From positions 97,836,001-97,900,000 of the forward strand of contig NC_042998.1 in assembly GCF_006345805.1 (NCBI RefSeq): a stretch of DNA of 64,000 nucleotides, given 5' to 3'. Source of the stretch: Octopus sinensis. Taxonomy: Eukaryota. Positions 1-11,186 of this stretch are shown one piece after another. Each line of letters starts with the position of its first letter. Positions within the stretch are counted from its first letter, which is position 1. A program made the translations under genes and the position numbers. The notes under the pieces are model-generated. The model ran no database searches. It was given only the letters and a program-made list of their open reading frames with translations, and was not told where the DNA came from.

Positions 1-23
1 AGTGTAGAAGATGGACATTAAAA

Positions 24-82
24 GATGATGATGATGACAACGATGACGATGATGATGATGAGGATGAGGAGCAGGAGGAGGA
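24..82 (+). repeat. (GAT/GAC/GAG)n simple repeat, probably the tail of a SINE/LINE that starts before the window
   Basis: The tract follows GGACATTAAAA. A similar GAAGTTAAATG...(GAT)n tail ends the repeat at 4940-5172. Confidence 0.6.
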
Positions 83-1224
83 TTACTTTGATATTTTAAT
101 TTTCACTTCATGTAGTCCTAATCCAAATTTCTGAGCTAACTAACATCTGGGTGTAGAATTGATGAGCATCACTTCTTGGAATCTGTTACTGTCACATTAT
201 GAGACTGTTTCGTCTAGCTTGTTACAGAGTTAGCTCTGATATGGGATGGAAGTATTCCATTTATATTGTTATCAATGTTTGTCTTGAACTTTTTTTGGCT
301 TCTCTATACACTCTGGTTTGATCTGAGTGATTTTATCCAGAGAACTGTATGTATAGGATGAAATCCTGTCCATGCCTTCTCATTTCACTGAATAGAGATA
401 TAAAGAATACATTTCTCATCAGCCATTCTAGATTTGCTGTCAGGATGTCAACTTTTAGCATCTGTTGTTATGAAAGAGTTCTGAGGCACAAGGAGCTTAG
501 TGGCTATAGGTTTCATATAGTGAAAATGGAAAGGTTGTTCCATGTCTCTAATAGATTTTAGTCATAGTACATAGTACAGTATCAAGACAAGGTGGTTATT
601 AGTTGGGCTGTTTGGATGAGTAGTCAACAGTCACCTTCATGCTCTTGTGAATGGAGTTTGCTATTTGCTGTATGCTTTAGCTTACATGTTTCTCTTCTTC
701 TGGCTATCATCAAAACAATCCCACACTCAACCATGACTTGAGTTTGAGTTGGTAATAACAAATTTTGTTGTTACCATGCATTTTATTTTACTTTTGTTAA
801 GGTTCTTATGTAGTCATGAGAAGGCATGCATAAACAAGCACACACACAAACACGCATGCGCGTGCACACACACACACACACACACTTTTGACTCTCACAC
901 TCTTGATCCAGCTGAACATCAAAGCTGTGACAATTGAAGGAAGAGAGTGCCACATTTATCTAACCCATAGGTATTAGCATTATTTATTATAAAGTGACCT
1001 TTACTCAATTTGTCATAACACTGGCATTGAATATGTAAACTTTCTACAGATACAACTATGCTATAAATTAGGTCACTATATCCTAGTAAATAGTGCCTCT
1101 GTTGGGTCATAAGCACTTCTTAGCCATTAATCTAGATTAGTCATAGTTAACCTTTATATCTGTCTAGAGGCCATAATACTGTCTTCCTCTTGTGTAAAAT
1201 CCTTCAGTAGTACAACTCTTCAAA

Positions 1225-1694
1225 GACATACAATACATACATACATGCATGCATACATACATACATACATACATACATACATACATACATACATACATAC
1301 ATACATACATACACATACATACATACATACATACTTCTGTCTGTCTGTCTGCCTTTTAGCATTCACATTATTCTGTCAAAATACTGCTTTTTTATTGACA
1401 TCTTGAATTAATCATTTATTTTCTTGTATTTCAGAGATTTTGATGAGTAACTGTTAATTTTTAGAATGATATTGTAGGGTTGGCATAAGAGGCCAGGTTT
1501 GACCAGTTTGAACATAAAACAACCAGAATACTTTGGCTGGATACAGCCAGTTTAAATGCTAAAGGGACATACATACATACATACATACATACATACATAC
1601 ATACATACATACATACATACATACATACATACATACATACATACATACATACATACATACATACATACATACATACATACATACCTCCCATGCT
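1225..1694. repeat. Two (CATA)n microsatellites (about 1225-1335 and 1567-1684)
   Basis: Seen directly; they explain the MYVC-repeat ORFs. Confidence 0.95.
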
Positions 1695-1699
1695 ATAGT

Positions 1700-2225
1700 T
1701 AGAAAACTGAGAGTGTGGATATACAATTTATGAAAAGACAGAAGCCAGATTGGATGAGAAAAAGGAACCCACTCAAAGGGAGACATTAATAGCAATTGTG
1801 TCTCAGGGAACTGTCTTGGGGCTGTTGCTATTTGTGGCACCCTCTCAAACATGCCATCAGTTATACAGGCAGCCACTCTTACACAAGCAGTCAAGGCTCC
1901 TCTCGATGCTAATCTTCTACAGAAAGATTTAGATACCATATATAAACAGGCTGAAGGAAACAATATGCAATTTAATGCTGGAAAATCTCAACAAGATACT
2001 TTGGACCAAAAGGAGCAGAAATCCCAGAGCTAAATATAGTGAATTACCAAGATGGTGGTAACTTTTCCTGCTGTCGAAGATACCAGGCAAACTTACATTA
2101 CCGCAAGAAACTTAAGCGGGGACAGCAATATCAAACTCCCTCATTCACTAAAAGCCAACTACAATGACTATTGTAAAGTTGACGGTACTGGTGGTGCCCT
2201 AGTATGGCCGTAACCTTGAGGCTAA
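1700..2225 (+). mobile_element. Degenerate non-LTR retrotransposon (CR1/L2/Jockey-like): RT fragment plus 3' end
   Basis: SQGTVLGLLLFV (cf. PQGSVLGPLLF, RT domain 4) and LQKDLDTIYKQAEGNNMQFNAGKS (cf. LQxDLDxIYxWAxxNNMxFNxxK) lie in shifted frames. The 3' part resembles 5960-6070. Confidence 0.75.
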
Positions 2226-2572
2226 AACGCATGTGTTAGTGTGTACAAATATAACAAAAAATTCCTAGTTAAGTAAAACTTTTATTATAAAGGGAAATAA
2301 CTTTGCGAATGTTTTTATAGGTGCTCTCCCCTGATCAATTAAACTTTATTCCTATCAAATTTCAACTAAGATGCATGTATTTTTGGCATTTAGGATCTTT
2401 TTCGTTGTCTTGTCATCGTAGATAAGCTAAATTCAGTTTCATCTACATAATGCGACTTGTTATTACTTTGGTGTCTTTATAAGGGCTGACTCGTGCTACT
2501 TTTCTTTTTATTTGATTGCTCGAGAAAGCGCGCGCGCATGTATGTCTGTATGAGTGCATAAAAGAGAGAGAA

Positions 2573-2709
2573 TTAGCGCGCGCGCGTATTGTATCTGTGT
2601 GGCTGCGTTTGCAAGGAAAAATGTGAGAAAGAGGTACTATAGAAAAGAGAAAGTATGAAATTAATGATAGCTTTTGTTGTGTGCGTGTGTGTATGTGTGT
2701 GTGTGTGTG

Positions 2710-2742
<33 letters not shown>

Positions 2743-3225
2743 TATGGGAAATTAATGTAAATACGTATATGCGTACGTGCGTACGTACAAATGGTATATA
2801 TGCCTGAAAGTAGATATGTATGTACATATGCACATACATATCTACTTACAGTCGTATGTGCATGCACATAGGTATATACTTATGTCGTACGTATGTCTAT
2901 ACGTAGGCATGCATGTCTTTACGTACATCACTATGCCCGTATGCACGTATGTATATACGTATGTACATGTTCGTAAGTACGCCTGTTCATGTGAATGTAC
3001 GTGTTTCTTCACGTGAAAAAGCACGTATGTCTTTATGCACGTCTGCACATATGTATACATATGTACATATGCACGGACGTATTTAGTCACATTATATACA
3101 TACGGCTGTTCGTATATATGTACGTATGTATCTAGTCTGTATATATATTTGTGTACGTCCGTATTATTGTATGTACGATTGCGCATACATATGTGCGTAC
3201 GCATATATACCCAAACATGTAGTGG
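2573..3225. repeat. Degenerate alternating purine-pyrimidine (TA/CA/TG/CG) low-complexity region
   Basis: Seen directly; source of the Y/V/C/H/T-rich spurious ORFs. Confidence 0.85.
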
Positions 3226-3299
3226 AAAGTTCGGCCACCCGCCCAATTCCAACTCCAAACCCCTACCCTATACACATAGCAACCCTAAATCAGGCTTGT

Positions 3300-3655
3300 A
3301 TTCTTTTCTACTGTGGGTACAAGGCCCGAAACCTTTTGGGAAGTGGGGCCAGTCGATTAGATGAAAGGCAAAGTCAACCTCGGTGGAATTTGAACTCAGA
3401 ACATAAAGACAGACGAAATACCTATTTCTTTACTACCCACAAGGGGCTAAACACAGAGGGGACAAACAAGGACAGACAAACGGATTAAGTCTATTATATC
3501 GACCCCAGTGCGTAACTGGTCCTTAATTTATCGAACCCGAAAGGATGAAAGGCAAAGTCGACCTCGGTGGAATTTGAACTCAGAACGTAGCAGCAGACGA
3601 AATACGGCTACGAATTTCGCCCGGCGTGCTAACGTTTCTGCCAGCTCGCCGCCTT
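3300..3655 (-). mobile_element. tRNA-derived SINE family A (dimeric copy)
   Basis: Minus strand: head GGCGGCGAGCTGGCAGAAACGTTAGC, B-box-like GAGTTCAAATTCC, and a conserved central block GTCGACTTTGCCTTTCATCCTTTCGGG..GATAAATTAAG.ACCAG. That block resembles Meta/Nin-type SINE core domains (from memory, unverified). More than 30 copies occur in the window. Confidence 0.85.
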
Positions 3656-3799
3656 ACATCAAGTTTGTATTGTCTCACAACTGAATCAGACGTTTGTAAA
3701 CATAAGAGGCATAACTCAAGATAACTTCCCTCAGTATTAGTTCAATGTAACATAGTGTATTGTGCCAAAAAGACTGCTTCAGTGGATAATAACGAAATA

Positions 3800-3952
3800 T
3801 TCTTTTCTACTCTAGGCACAAGGCTCGAAGTTTTTGGAGAGGGGGTGCAGTCGATTAGTAGATCGACCCCAGTACGCAACTAGTACTTAGTTTATCGACC
3901 CAGAAAGGAGGAAAAGCAAAGTCGACCTCGGCGGAATTTGAACTCAGAACAT
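3800..3952 (-). mobile_element. SINE family A, 5'-truncated
   Basis: Contains AAAGTCGACCTCGGCGGAATTTGAACTCAGAAC, as in the other copies. Confidence 0.8.
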
Positions 3953-4039
3953 AAAAAAATGTTTTCTCGGGACGCATACCGCAGTTTTGTGGCTTTCTAC
4001 TGTATAGCCACGTTAATTAAGATATACATAATGGCTTTT

Positions 4040-4688
4040 TGAATTCAGCCGCTGATAAGGAACAGAGGTTGGAAGCGGTGAAATTGAGGAGGTACAGGAT
4101 TACGTCTACTTAGGGCACAAAGTAAATATGCGCTGAGATATGGATACTGTAATCTCATAGAGAATAAGGGCAGGATGGAAGGCATTGAACTCAATAAAGG
4201 ATGTATTCGTAACAAAGCTAGACAATGCCATACGTGCCAGACTCTTTAATAGCACCGTCCCACTTGCGCTATTGTATGCAAGTGAGACGTGGGCTACTAA
4301 AGAGAGGATAGAATATTAATTTGCTAAGATGCAGAGGCCCATGGAAGGATCCATGCTAGGATTATCATTACAAGAGCATATTCGAAATGAGATAATTCAA
4401 GAACGGAGCGGAGTGAACGATGTAATCGTACAGTACCGAAAGCACAAGTTCCGCTGGATCTGACGTGCCACGTGGTTCACAGACAAATGGTAGATCCAAG
4501 AGATTGGAAAAAGTCACTTTGAAGGCCTCCACGAAGATGGAAAGACGATTTAGTTAAGCAATTTGGGCGAAGATGGAAAAGAGTGACGCAATCAAGACTG
4601 AATTGGAAGCGCATTGTGACCAGCGGTGTATAACATCATGTATATATCACTGTATCGTTGTATGGACCATAGTCCATACAACGATACA

Positions 4689-4690
<2 letters not shown>
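4040..4690 (+). mobile_element. RTE-clade LINE, 3' fragment (pseudogenised RT C-terminus)
   Basis: The frame from 4083 reads IEEVQDYVYLGHKVN..RIRAGWKALNSIK..RARLFNSTVPLALLYASETW..MEGSMLGLSLQEHIRNEIIQERSGVNDVI..KFRW, with stops. These are typical RTE motifs (YLG, YxxETW, RLRW). Confidence 0.85.
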
Positions 4691-4747
<57 letters not shown>

Positions 4748-4904
4748 CCGTTATATCTTGGATATTTCAACTGCAAGACATCTAAGCCTATTTTTCCGTC
4801 CCCCTCTGGTCTCTCAACGCCTTATCTCTCTTGCCAACCCTTCTGTTTAGCGGGGGAGGCTTTTGCCTTTTTTTCTTCCCTTTCTTTTCTTGAATTGCAA
4901 GGAA

Positions 4905-5117
4905 CCTCCTGAGTGTTGGTGGCGCGAGAAAGGCATCCAGTTTACTCTGTTAAATGGTTGGCATTAGAAAAGGCATCCAGCTGTAGAAGACATGCTAAAG
5001 GGGACATCGGAACACCACGCTGCCCCACGGCTCGCCGAGTCCTTCTAAGCAGTTCAACCCATGCCAGAATAAAAAATAGAAGTTAAATGTTGTCATTGTT
5101 TTTGTTGTTGTTGTTGT

Positions 5118-5172
<55 letters not shown>
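4905..5172 (+). mobile_element. Interspersed repeat (SINE/LINE 3' end) with (TGT)/(GAT)n tail
   Basis: TGGTTGGCATTAGAAAAGGCATCCAGCTGTAGAA...AACCCATGCCAG followed by a simple-repeat tail. Confidence 0.55.
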
Positions 5173-5174
<2 letters not shown>

Positions 5175-5373
5175 GATGTAAGTTAATGTACACAGGATTT
5201 AAATGCGAGCTGCTACAAGTTTCATGCTTGTGATAGAACCTGCACAGCGTGCTGCATATTATCGGGCGGCCTTTCCGTCTCAAAATGTATTACAGCTGGC
5301 CACTGAGTAAAAGCGAGAAAGAGCTAGAAGAAAGCGAGAAAACACTAAATAAAGAAGAAAAGCATGTAGGTAG

Positions 5374-5456
5374 GAGTTGTGTCCCGTTGATTGGTTAAAA
5401 CGAGAAATGTCAATAACTAGTTTAAATAATGTTAACGGATCAAGGGGACACAACTC
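5374..5456. repeat. 83-bp miniature inverted-repeat element
   Basis: GAGTTGTGTCCCGTTGAT ... ATCAAGGGGACACAACTC form 18-bp inverted termini with 1 mismatch. Confidence 0.55.
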
Positions 5457-5679
5457 TTACTTCCCTTACCTTGATTCTTTAACCACGCTTTCTTTTTTTA
5501 TTCATATTTTCCCTTCGTTTAGTATTAACGGTCGGAAGAAAAAGTGTACTGAGTACAATAGTAGAGATTGATAATATTCATTTTGGTTGAATCAGTCTGT
5601 AGGTACTCTGTGTTTCACCTGTGGGTAGACAAGATCTTTAGGCAAGCTATATACTCTCCCCAACGCCGCCGGTAACGCT

Positions 5680-6090
5680 AGATCATTTGTGTGATGTGGG
5701 AAATATTCCATCAATGTTGCCACAAATGTTGGCATCAATTTTATAATCCACCCAAGACCGTGCTAATCCGCCCACTATAAAAAATCGAACTCAGGATACA
5801 TAACAACAATACGCCACAACTACTTTAGCTGGTGCAGCTCTCTTTAATATCATACCAAAATACGTCAAAACGGAAACATATCCCATGAAATTCAAAAGTT
5901 CGCCGGGCAAATTTCTTCAAAAAATCCCGGACTAACCTCCTTCACCCGGATATTCTCCAACAATAATAACTCGTTCATAGAGTGGGCCATGGTGCCCCAT
6001 ATATGACTAAAAGAGTTCACCAGGTGGTGCTATTAAGTTTGATATGGTCTGGACCTATACTGGCCGAAACCTATCAAAGTTATTAAAAGT
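5680..6090 (+). mobile_element. CR1/L2-like LINE 3' end
   Basis: Reads AALFNIIPKYVKTETYPMKFKSSPGKFLQKIPD*PPSPGY (cf. LFNxLPxxxxxxxxxxxFKxxLDxFLxxIPDxPxxPGY, an ORF2 C-terminal pattern). Confidence 0.7.
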
Positions 6091-6222
6091 AATCATATAT
6101 TTCTGTGATTTTGATACTATATACACGTTTGTAAGAGATGCTATCTCGAGACAAATACTGTAGTTTACCAAGCTTTCTCCGGTATATATGCATCAAGTAT
6201 GATGCACAGAAGAGAAAACAAA

Positions 6223-6444
6223 TGGCGTTTGAAATTTAAGACAGCTTTTTCGATAGAATTTTAATTATCTATTCATAAATTGCATCATAACATGTCGTCT
6301 ACCATCTTCGGTTAAAATTTTAAACAGGTATGACGTCGAACAGGTGAGATTTCGTACATCGAACATGACGAATATGTTATGATGTAATCTATGAATGCAT
6401 AAATGAAATTCTACCAAAACAGGTGTCGTAAACTTTAAACGCCA
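6223..6444. repeat. Old inverted repeat (arms about 77 bp, roughly 75% identical); MITE or PLE fold-back
   Basis: TGGCGTTTGAAATTTAAGACAGC...CATAACATGTCGTC (6223-6299) matches the reverse complement of 6367-6444. Confidence 0.7.
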
Positions 6445-6677
6445 GTTGCGTTCACTTTATATCTACGTCTCACCTGGAACCAACAGCGGAGTCGACTCTA
6501 CGGTTTAAATTGGATTTCGTACTTACATATCTACGGTATCCTGCCAACACTTAATTCCATATTGTGTACCTCGCTGTGAACTCTATGTTATCGTACCTAG
6601 CTATTTCTGGCGTGTCCAACATATTGATGTAATTAGGTTCCATTAAATCACAAAATCACTTAGCAGTGGTGATGGCA

Positions 6678-6722
6678 TTGCTAAATGCGCATTTCATCAT
6701 CTTTGAGCTTCATCAGTAGCAA
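6678..6722 (-). ncRNA. Minimal type I hammerhead ribozyme motif
   Basis: Minus strand: UUGCUA-CUGAUGA-agcucaaagaugau-GAA-AUGCGCAU-U-UAGCAA. Helix I is a perfect 6 bp, the core is canonical, helix III is palindromic and the cleavage triplet is AUU. Helix II is weak. Confidence 0.7.
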
Positions 6723-6840
6723 GTTTCCACTAGCAACTGCGTGCTAAGACAAAGTTGACTTCAACTGTTATAGAAGAACAGTGATTAAAAAACCACTCCC
6801 GACGCAATTAGCCATCAAGCTAGATTAAAATTCATAACGA

Positions 6841-6895
6841 GCAGTTGCTAGAGGGTACTTGCTACTGATGAAGTTCAAAGAGGCAGAAATACGTA
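6841..6895 (+). repeat. Inverted copy of 6686-6740 containing a degenerate HHR
   Basis: GCAGTTGCTAG...TTGCTA-CTGATGA-agttcaaagaggca-GAAA-tacgta; it diverges near the predicted cleavage site. Confidence 0.65.
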
Positions 6896-7020
6896 AAACC
6901 GCTACTGGACGATTTTCGTCTGCTAGTGATATATTTCTATTTGTTAAGCACTGTATGTCTTTAAGACATAATTTTTCGAGACGACTACCGTAGTTTACCT
7001 GGTTCTCCACGGTGTAAATA

Positions 7021-8303
7021 TTTGGGAAAGTAAAAAATTATCCGCACTTTCACCAAAACTTTCTTTAAGTTGGCCACGCTGCCTTCAATGCTCGCGTACG
7101 ATACTCTTGTGGTTCAGGAACCGAGGTTTGACTTTGATCATTTCATGTTCTGTTTCTTGTGTTACAGAGTAAACACAGCCGCTCATTTGGCAGTGTGCAG
7201 GAAGAACAGATATCAGTGATCCGATTTCTCTGGTCTAAAGTTGTGTCAGGGGCTGAAATTCATCGCAGGTTTCCCGTACAATACGGAGATAGCACTCTAC
7301 CGTATTGAAGTGTGCATGAGTGGATCAAGAATTTTAAAAATGGTTGGACAAGCATAAAGCACAAAGAGGGAGCAGGACCCCCATCAACCTCCACCATTGA
7401 CGTGAAAACTCAAGAAGCTCGAGCGATTACCGATGCTATCTTCTGTGCAGCATACTTGGATAGACGTAATATACCGGGGAAAGCTTGGTAAACTACGGTA
7501 TTTGTCTCGAGATAGCATCTCGATGTGGTGGCAAGTTCTCTGTAAATTAGTCATTGTTCTGCATACGAAATCATCGATACAATAAAGTCTGTGCGAGATG
7601 GGTGTCAAGAGAGCCTACCGAAGTGCATAAACGCAATAGTGTGGTGATCTGCCTATAATTACTTGGCCGCTACAGCGATGAAGGTGAAGTATTTTTTGGA
7701 GATAAGAATCCCAGAAAATAAGACCTGGATCCATTTCTTTGAGCCAGAATCTAGAAAGCAGAGCATGGAGTGGAAACAGCCGGAATTGCCAGCGAAAAAG
7801 AAATTCAAGACTCAACCTTCCGCAGAAAAAGTGATGCTAACTGGTTTTGGGGATGCAAAAAGGCCTTTACTGGAACATTACCTGGAAAGGGGGTCTACAG
7901 TCGACAGTGTAGGCTACAGTGATGCGATGGCCTAAAAAGTTGAAATCAGCAATTCGTATCAAACGCTGAGGTTTATTGTCAAAGCAGGTGTTACTGTTGC
8001 ACGACAACGAATGCCCATATACAGCTGTCCACACCGTTGAAGCCATTGAAAAATTGGATTTCGAGTTGCTGGGATACCCTGTGTACGGTCCAGATCTTGC
8101 TCCTTCCGACTGTGATCACTTTGACGAAGAAGTGGTCCATAAATGGTTACGTAACCAACCAAAAACCTTCTCCAATGGAAGCTTGTAGACCGCAGGATGA
8201 AGTGCATCGAAAAGGAAGATGATTGTTGAAAAATGATGTAATTGTTCAACCCTTTTAATAGATTAGAGAAACAAAAGTACGTATAATTTTCGACGTACAC
8301 TCG
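7021..8303 (+). mobile_element. Full-length but degenerate mariner (DD34D) transposon
   Basis: Flanked by TA at 7019-20 and 8304-05. Imperfect TIRs (..AAAAATTATCCGCACTTT vs AAAGTACGTATAATTTT..). Frameshifted transposase with HTH (SVIRFLWS..GAEIHRR), CARWVSRE (WVPREL-like), KTWIHFFEPESRKQSMEW, KVMLT and HDN-..-PDLAPSD, with 34 residues between the two aspartates. Confidence 0.92.
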
Positions 8304-8404
8304 TACTTTAAGTATAATGCATAGATTTGCTATTTTGAACTAACAATACTTTTATTGCACATAACGAGTACACACACACGTACGCGCGCGCACACACACA
8401 CAGA

Positions 8405-8465
<61 letters not shown>

Positions 8466-8630
8466 TTGTATGTCGTGTGTGTGCGTATATGTATTTAAAT
8501 AATGTCTATACATACATATATCGCTACATAAGGAATACATGTATACTATGGGTACATATACATATATATATATGTATATATGCATATATGTACGTTTTAT
8601 ATGAATTTATTTATACGTTTTATATCTATA

Positions 8631-8797
8631 TAGGTGCTGGAGTGGCTGTGCAGTAAGTAGCTTGCTTATCAACCACATGGTTCCGGGTTCATTCCCACTG
8701 TGTGGCACCTTGGGCAAGTGTCTTCTACTATACCCTCGGGACAACCAAAGCCTTGTGAGTGGATTTGGTAGACGGAAACTGAAAGAAGCCCGTCGTA

Positions 8798-8836
<39 letters not shown>

Positions 8837-9063
8837 TGTGTGTGTATATGTTTGTGTGTCTGTGTTTGTCCCCCCCAACATCGCTTGATAACCGATGGTG
8901 GTGTGTTTACGTCCCCGTAACTTAGCGGTTCGGCAAAATATACCGATAGAATAAGTACTAGGCTTCTAAAGAATAAGTCCGGAGATCGATTTGCTTGACT
9001 AAAGGCGGTGCTCCAGCATGGCCGCAGTCAAATGACTGAAACAAGTAAAAGAGTAAAAGAGAG
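8631..9063 (+). mobile_element. Composite tRNA-derived SINE family B (CORE-like CCTTGGGCAAGTG) with an internal microsatellite
   Basis: Head GGAGTGGCTGTG..GGGTTCATTCCCACTG, CORE-like block, internal (TA)/(TG) tract and a 3' module ending GACTGAAACAAGTAAAAGAG. Other copies at 24490-24898, 33690-34175, 35915-36628, 42985-43120 and 44040-44345. Confidence 0.85.
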
Positions 9064-9066
9064 TAT

Positions 9067-9106
<40 letters not shown>

Positions 9107-9115
<9 letters not shown>

Positions 9116-9876
9116 TTAATAAGGGTGAGAGAATTAGATACTATATCTATTCAACACCAAGTGGCCCAGTGCTTCGAGAACCTGGATTATTATAATATTT
9201 TATTATATATTATAATATTTTATACAAAAATAAATATAAGAGAATGGTCACTATGTGGCTCATTCTAGCACTAGAAAATCCCAAAGGTTGAAACCTTTTG
9301 GATTTTCTAGTGCTAGAATGAGCCACATAGTGACCATTCTCTTATATTTATTTTTGTATAAAATATTATAATATATAATAAAATATTATAATAATCCAGG
9401 TTTCTCGAAGCACTGGGCCACTTGGTGTTGAATAGATATAGTATCTAATTCTCTCACCCTTATTAATTAATTATAATTATGCTACATTTATTTCTAAATG
9501 TGGTATTTGTTTCCATGAAAATTTGGCGCGCTGTTAGTAGGGGCATTTGAATTATAACGTCGGATGTAATCAATTGAACCACACGTGTATTTATCGTTAT
9601 GGTAAAATCTGGCGTGTGATTGAGTGGATTTCATCCAGATAGTTTTGGCCGAGGAGCTACAAGTGGGTTTTTTGTAAGTAAAATTACATTTAATTCATTA
9701 ATAGCGAAACAATTGTCCCAAAATAATCTGTATTTTTGTTATTTTTTATTTGCCCTGTTCGTGTGAGCTAACAATCGTACTGACTTTCACGGGAAACATG
9801 TATTTTTGTGGTTGAAACCTTTTGGATTTTCTAGTGCTAGAATGAGCCACATAGTGACCATTCTCTTATATTTATT
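9107..9876 (+). mobile_element. Non-coding PLE-type/retrozyme-like element: 183-bp inverted copy + 524-bp unit + 67-bp direct terminal repeat
   Basis: 9107-9289 is the reverse complement of 9292-9475 (about 2 differences). 9286-9352 is repeated at 9810-9876. Both flanks are (TA)n, and the unit contains an HHR motif. Confidence 0.8.
9643..9723 (+). ncRNA. Type I hammerhead ribozyme motif (U4C variant)
   Basis: UUUUGG-CCGAGGA-GCUA-(42 nt loop)-UAGC-GAA-ACAAUUGU-C-CCAAAA: 6-bp helix I, 4-bp helix II, palindromic helix III and GUC triplet, with predicted cleavage after 9717. Confidence 0.75.
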
Positions 9877-9881
9877 ATTAT

Positions 9882-9919
<38 letters not shown>

Positions 9920-10029
9920 ATATAATATATATATATATATACGCTCACCTTCCCGAGCATTAAACTAATACACCTGTTTGTTGTTTATACACCTGTCTTC
10001 GTCTTTTGTTTTTCTGTAAATTTCAGTTA

Positions 10030-10231
10030 GATATATATATATATATATATAATATACACACACACACACACACACACACACGCCTGCACACACACACACG
10101 CCTGCACACACACACACGCCTGCACACACACACACACACACGCCCGCACACAGAGTGATAGGTAGATTAATTGGTAAATAGATGGCTACATATCCAACCG
10201 ATAGACATATATGTTTGTGTATATGTGTGTG

Positions 10232-10279
<48 letters not shown>

Positions 10280-10343
10280 ATATAAATGCATATACACACA
10301 GGTAGAAAGAAAGAGAAAGAGAGACAGAGACACACAGACAGAC

Positions 10344-10416
<73 letters not shown>

Positions 10417-10425
10417 CAGATAGAC

Positions 10426-10484
<59 letters not shown>

Positions 10485-10510
10485 CAGATAGATAAATAGA
10501 TAGATAGACT
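10030..10510. repeat. Compound microsatellites (TA, CA, CGCCTG(CA)n minisatellite, GATA)
   Basis: Seen directly. Confidence 0.9.
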
Positions 10511-11186
10511 TCATGCTACGTAAACTCAAATGAAACTGTCGCAAACACAATAGCAATAAGCATCTCAAGCGTGAAATATGAATAATAAGAGTTAATTTGA
10601 TTTTGACTTGGCTAATACACAGCAAGCGCCTGTGTCTCTGTATCCAACGCCACACTCTTGTTGATCTAAAACATGGATATCCACTGTCCCCCAACCCCAC
10701 CCACACACATCGTTTTACACGCTCCGTTCTGTACAGTATTGACTTATAATTCGTTCAACCCATTCATTTCTCCGTTTCCTAAAAGCAAGAGTGGTATTAT
10801 TAAATGATATTTTTGTTCAGACGAAGGGATGGATGGGGGAAATGTACAACCGTTTCATGATTTCAGTTGAAGCAGACGAAATAATTACCAACAATATGCA
10901 GTCAACTATATGGCTTTTCATTATAACATTATAATTTGTTTTTTAAATAATAATAATTATTTTTGTTGTGTTTGCTTTTTTTTCTATACGAGCTGTCCCA
11001 AATCTTACCCAGTGACCTCAAATAACAGCAATTCAGAAATTTTAGAATGAGAGTTATTTATGGTTAGTAATGATATATTTTAGGTAAAAGAGACCAGATT
11101 CTGAGAACTAAAACTCTTTATCAAATTTGTAATATTCCGATTTTTGAAAGAATTTTAAGAGAATCGGATATTTTGTTGTTGTTGTC

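Noticed and set aside
130-740. Possible RTE LINE relic on the minus strand
   Set aside because: Only faint similarity (RSQKKFKTNI); too degenerate to support.
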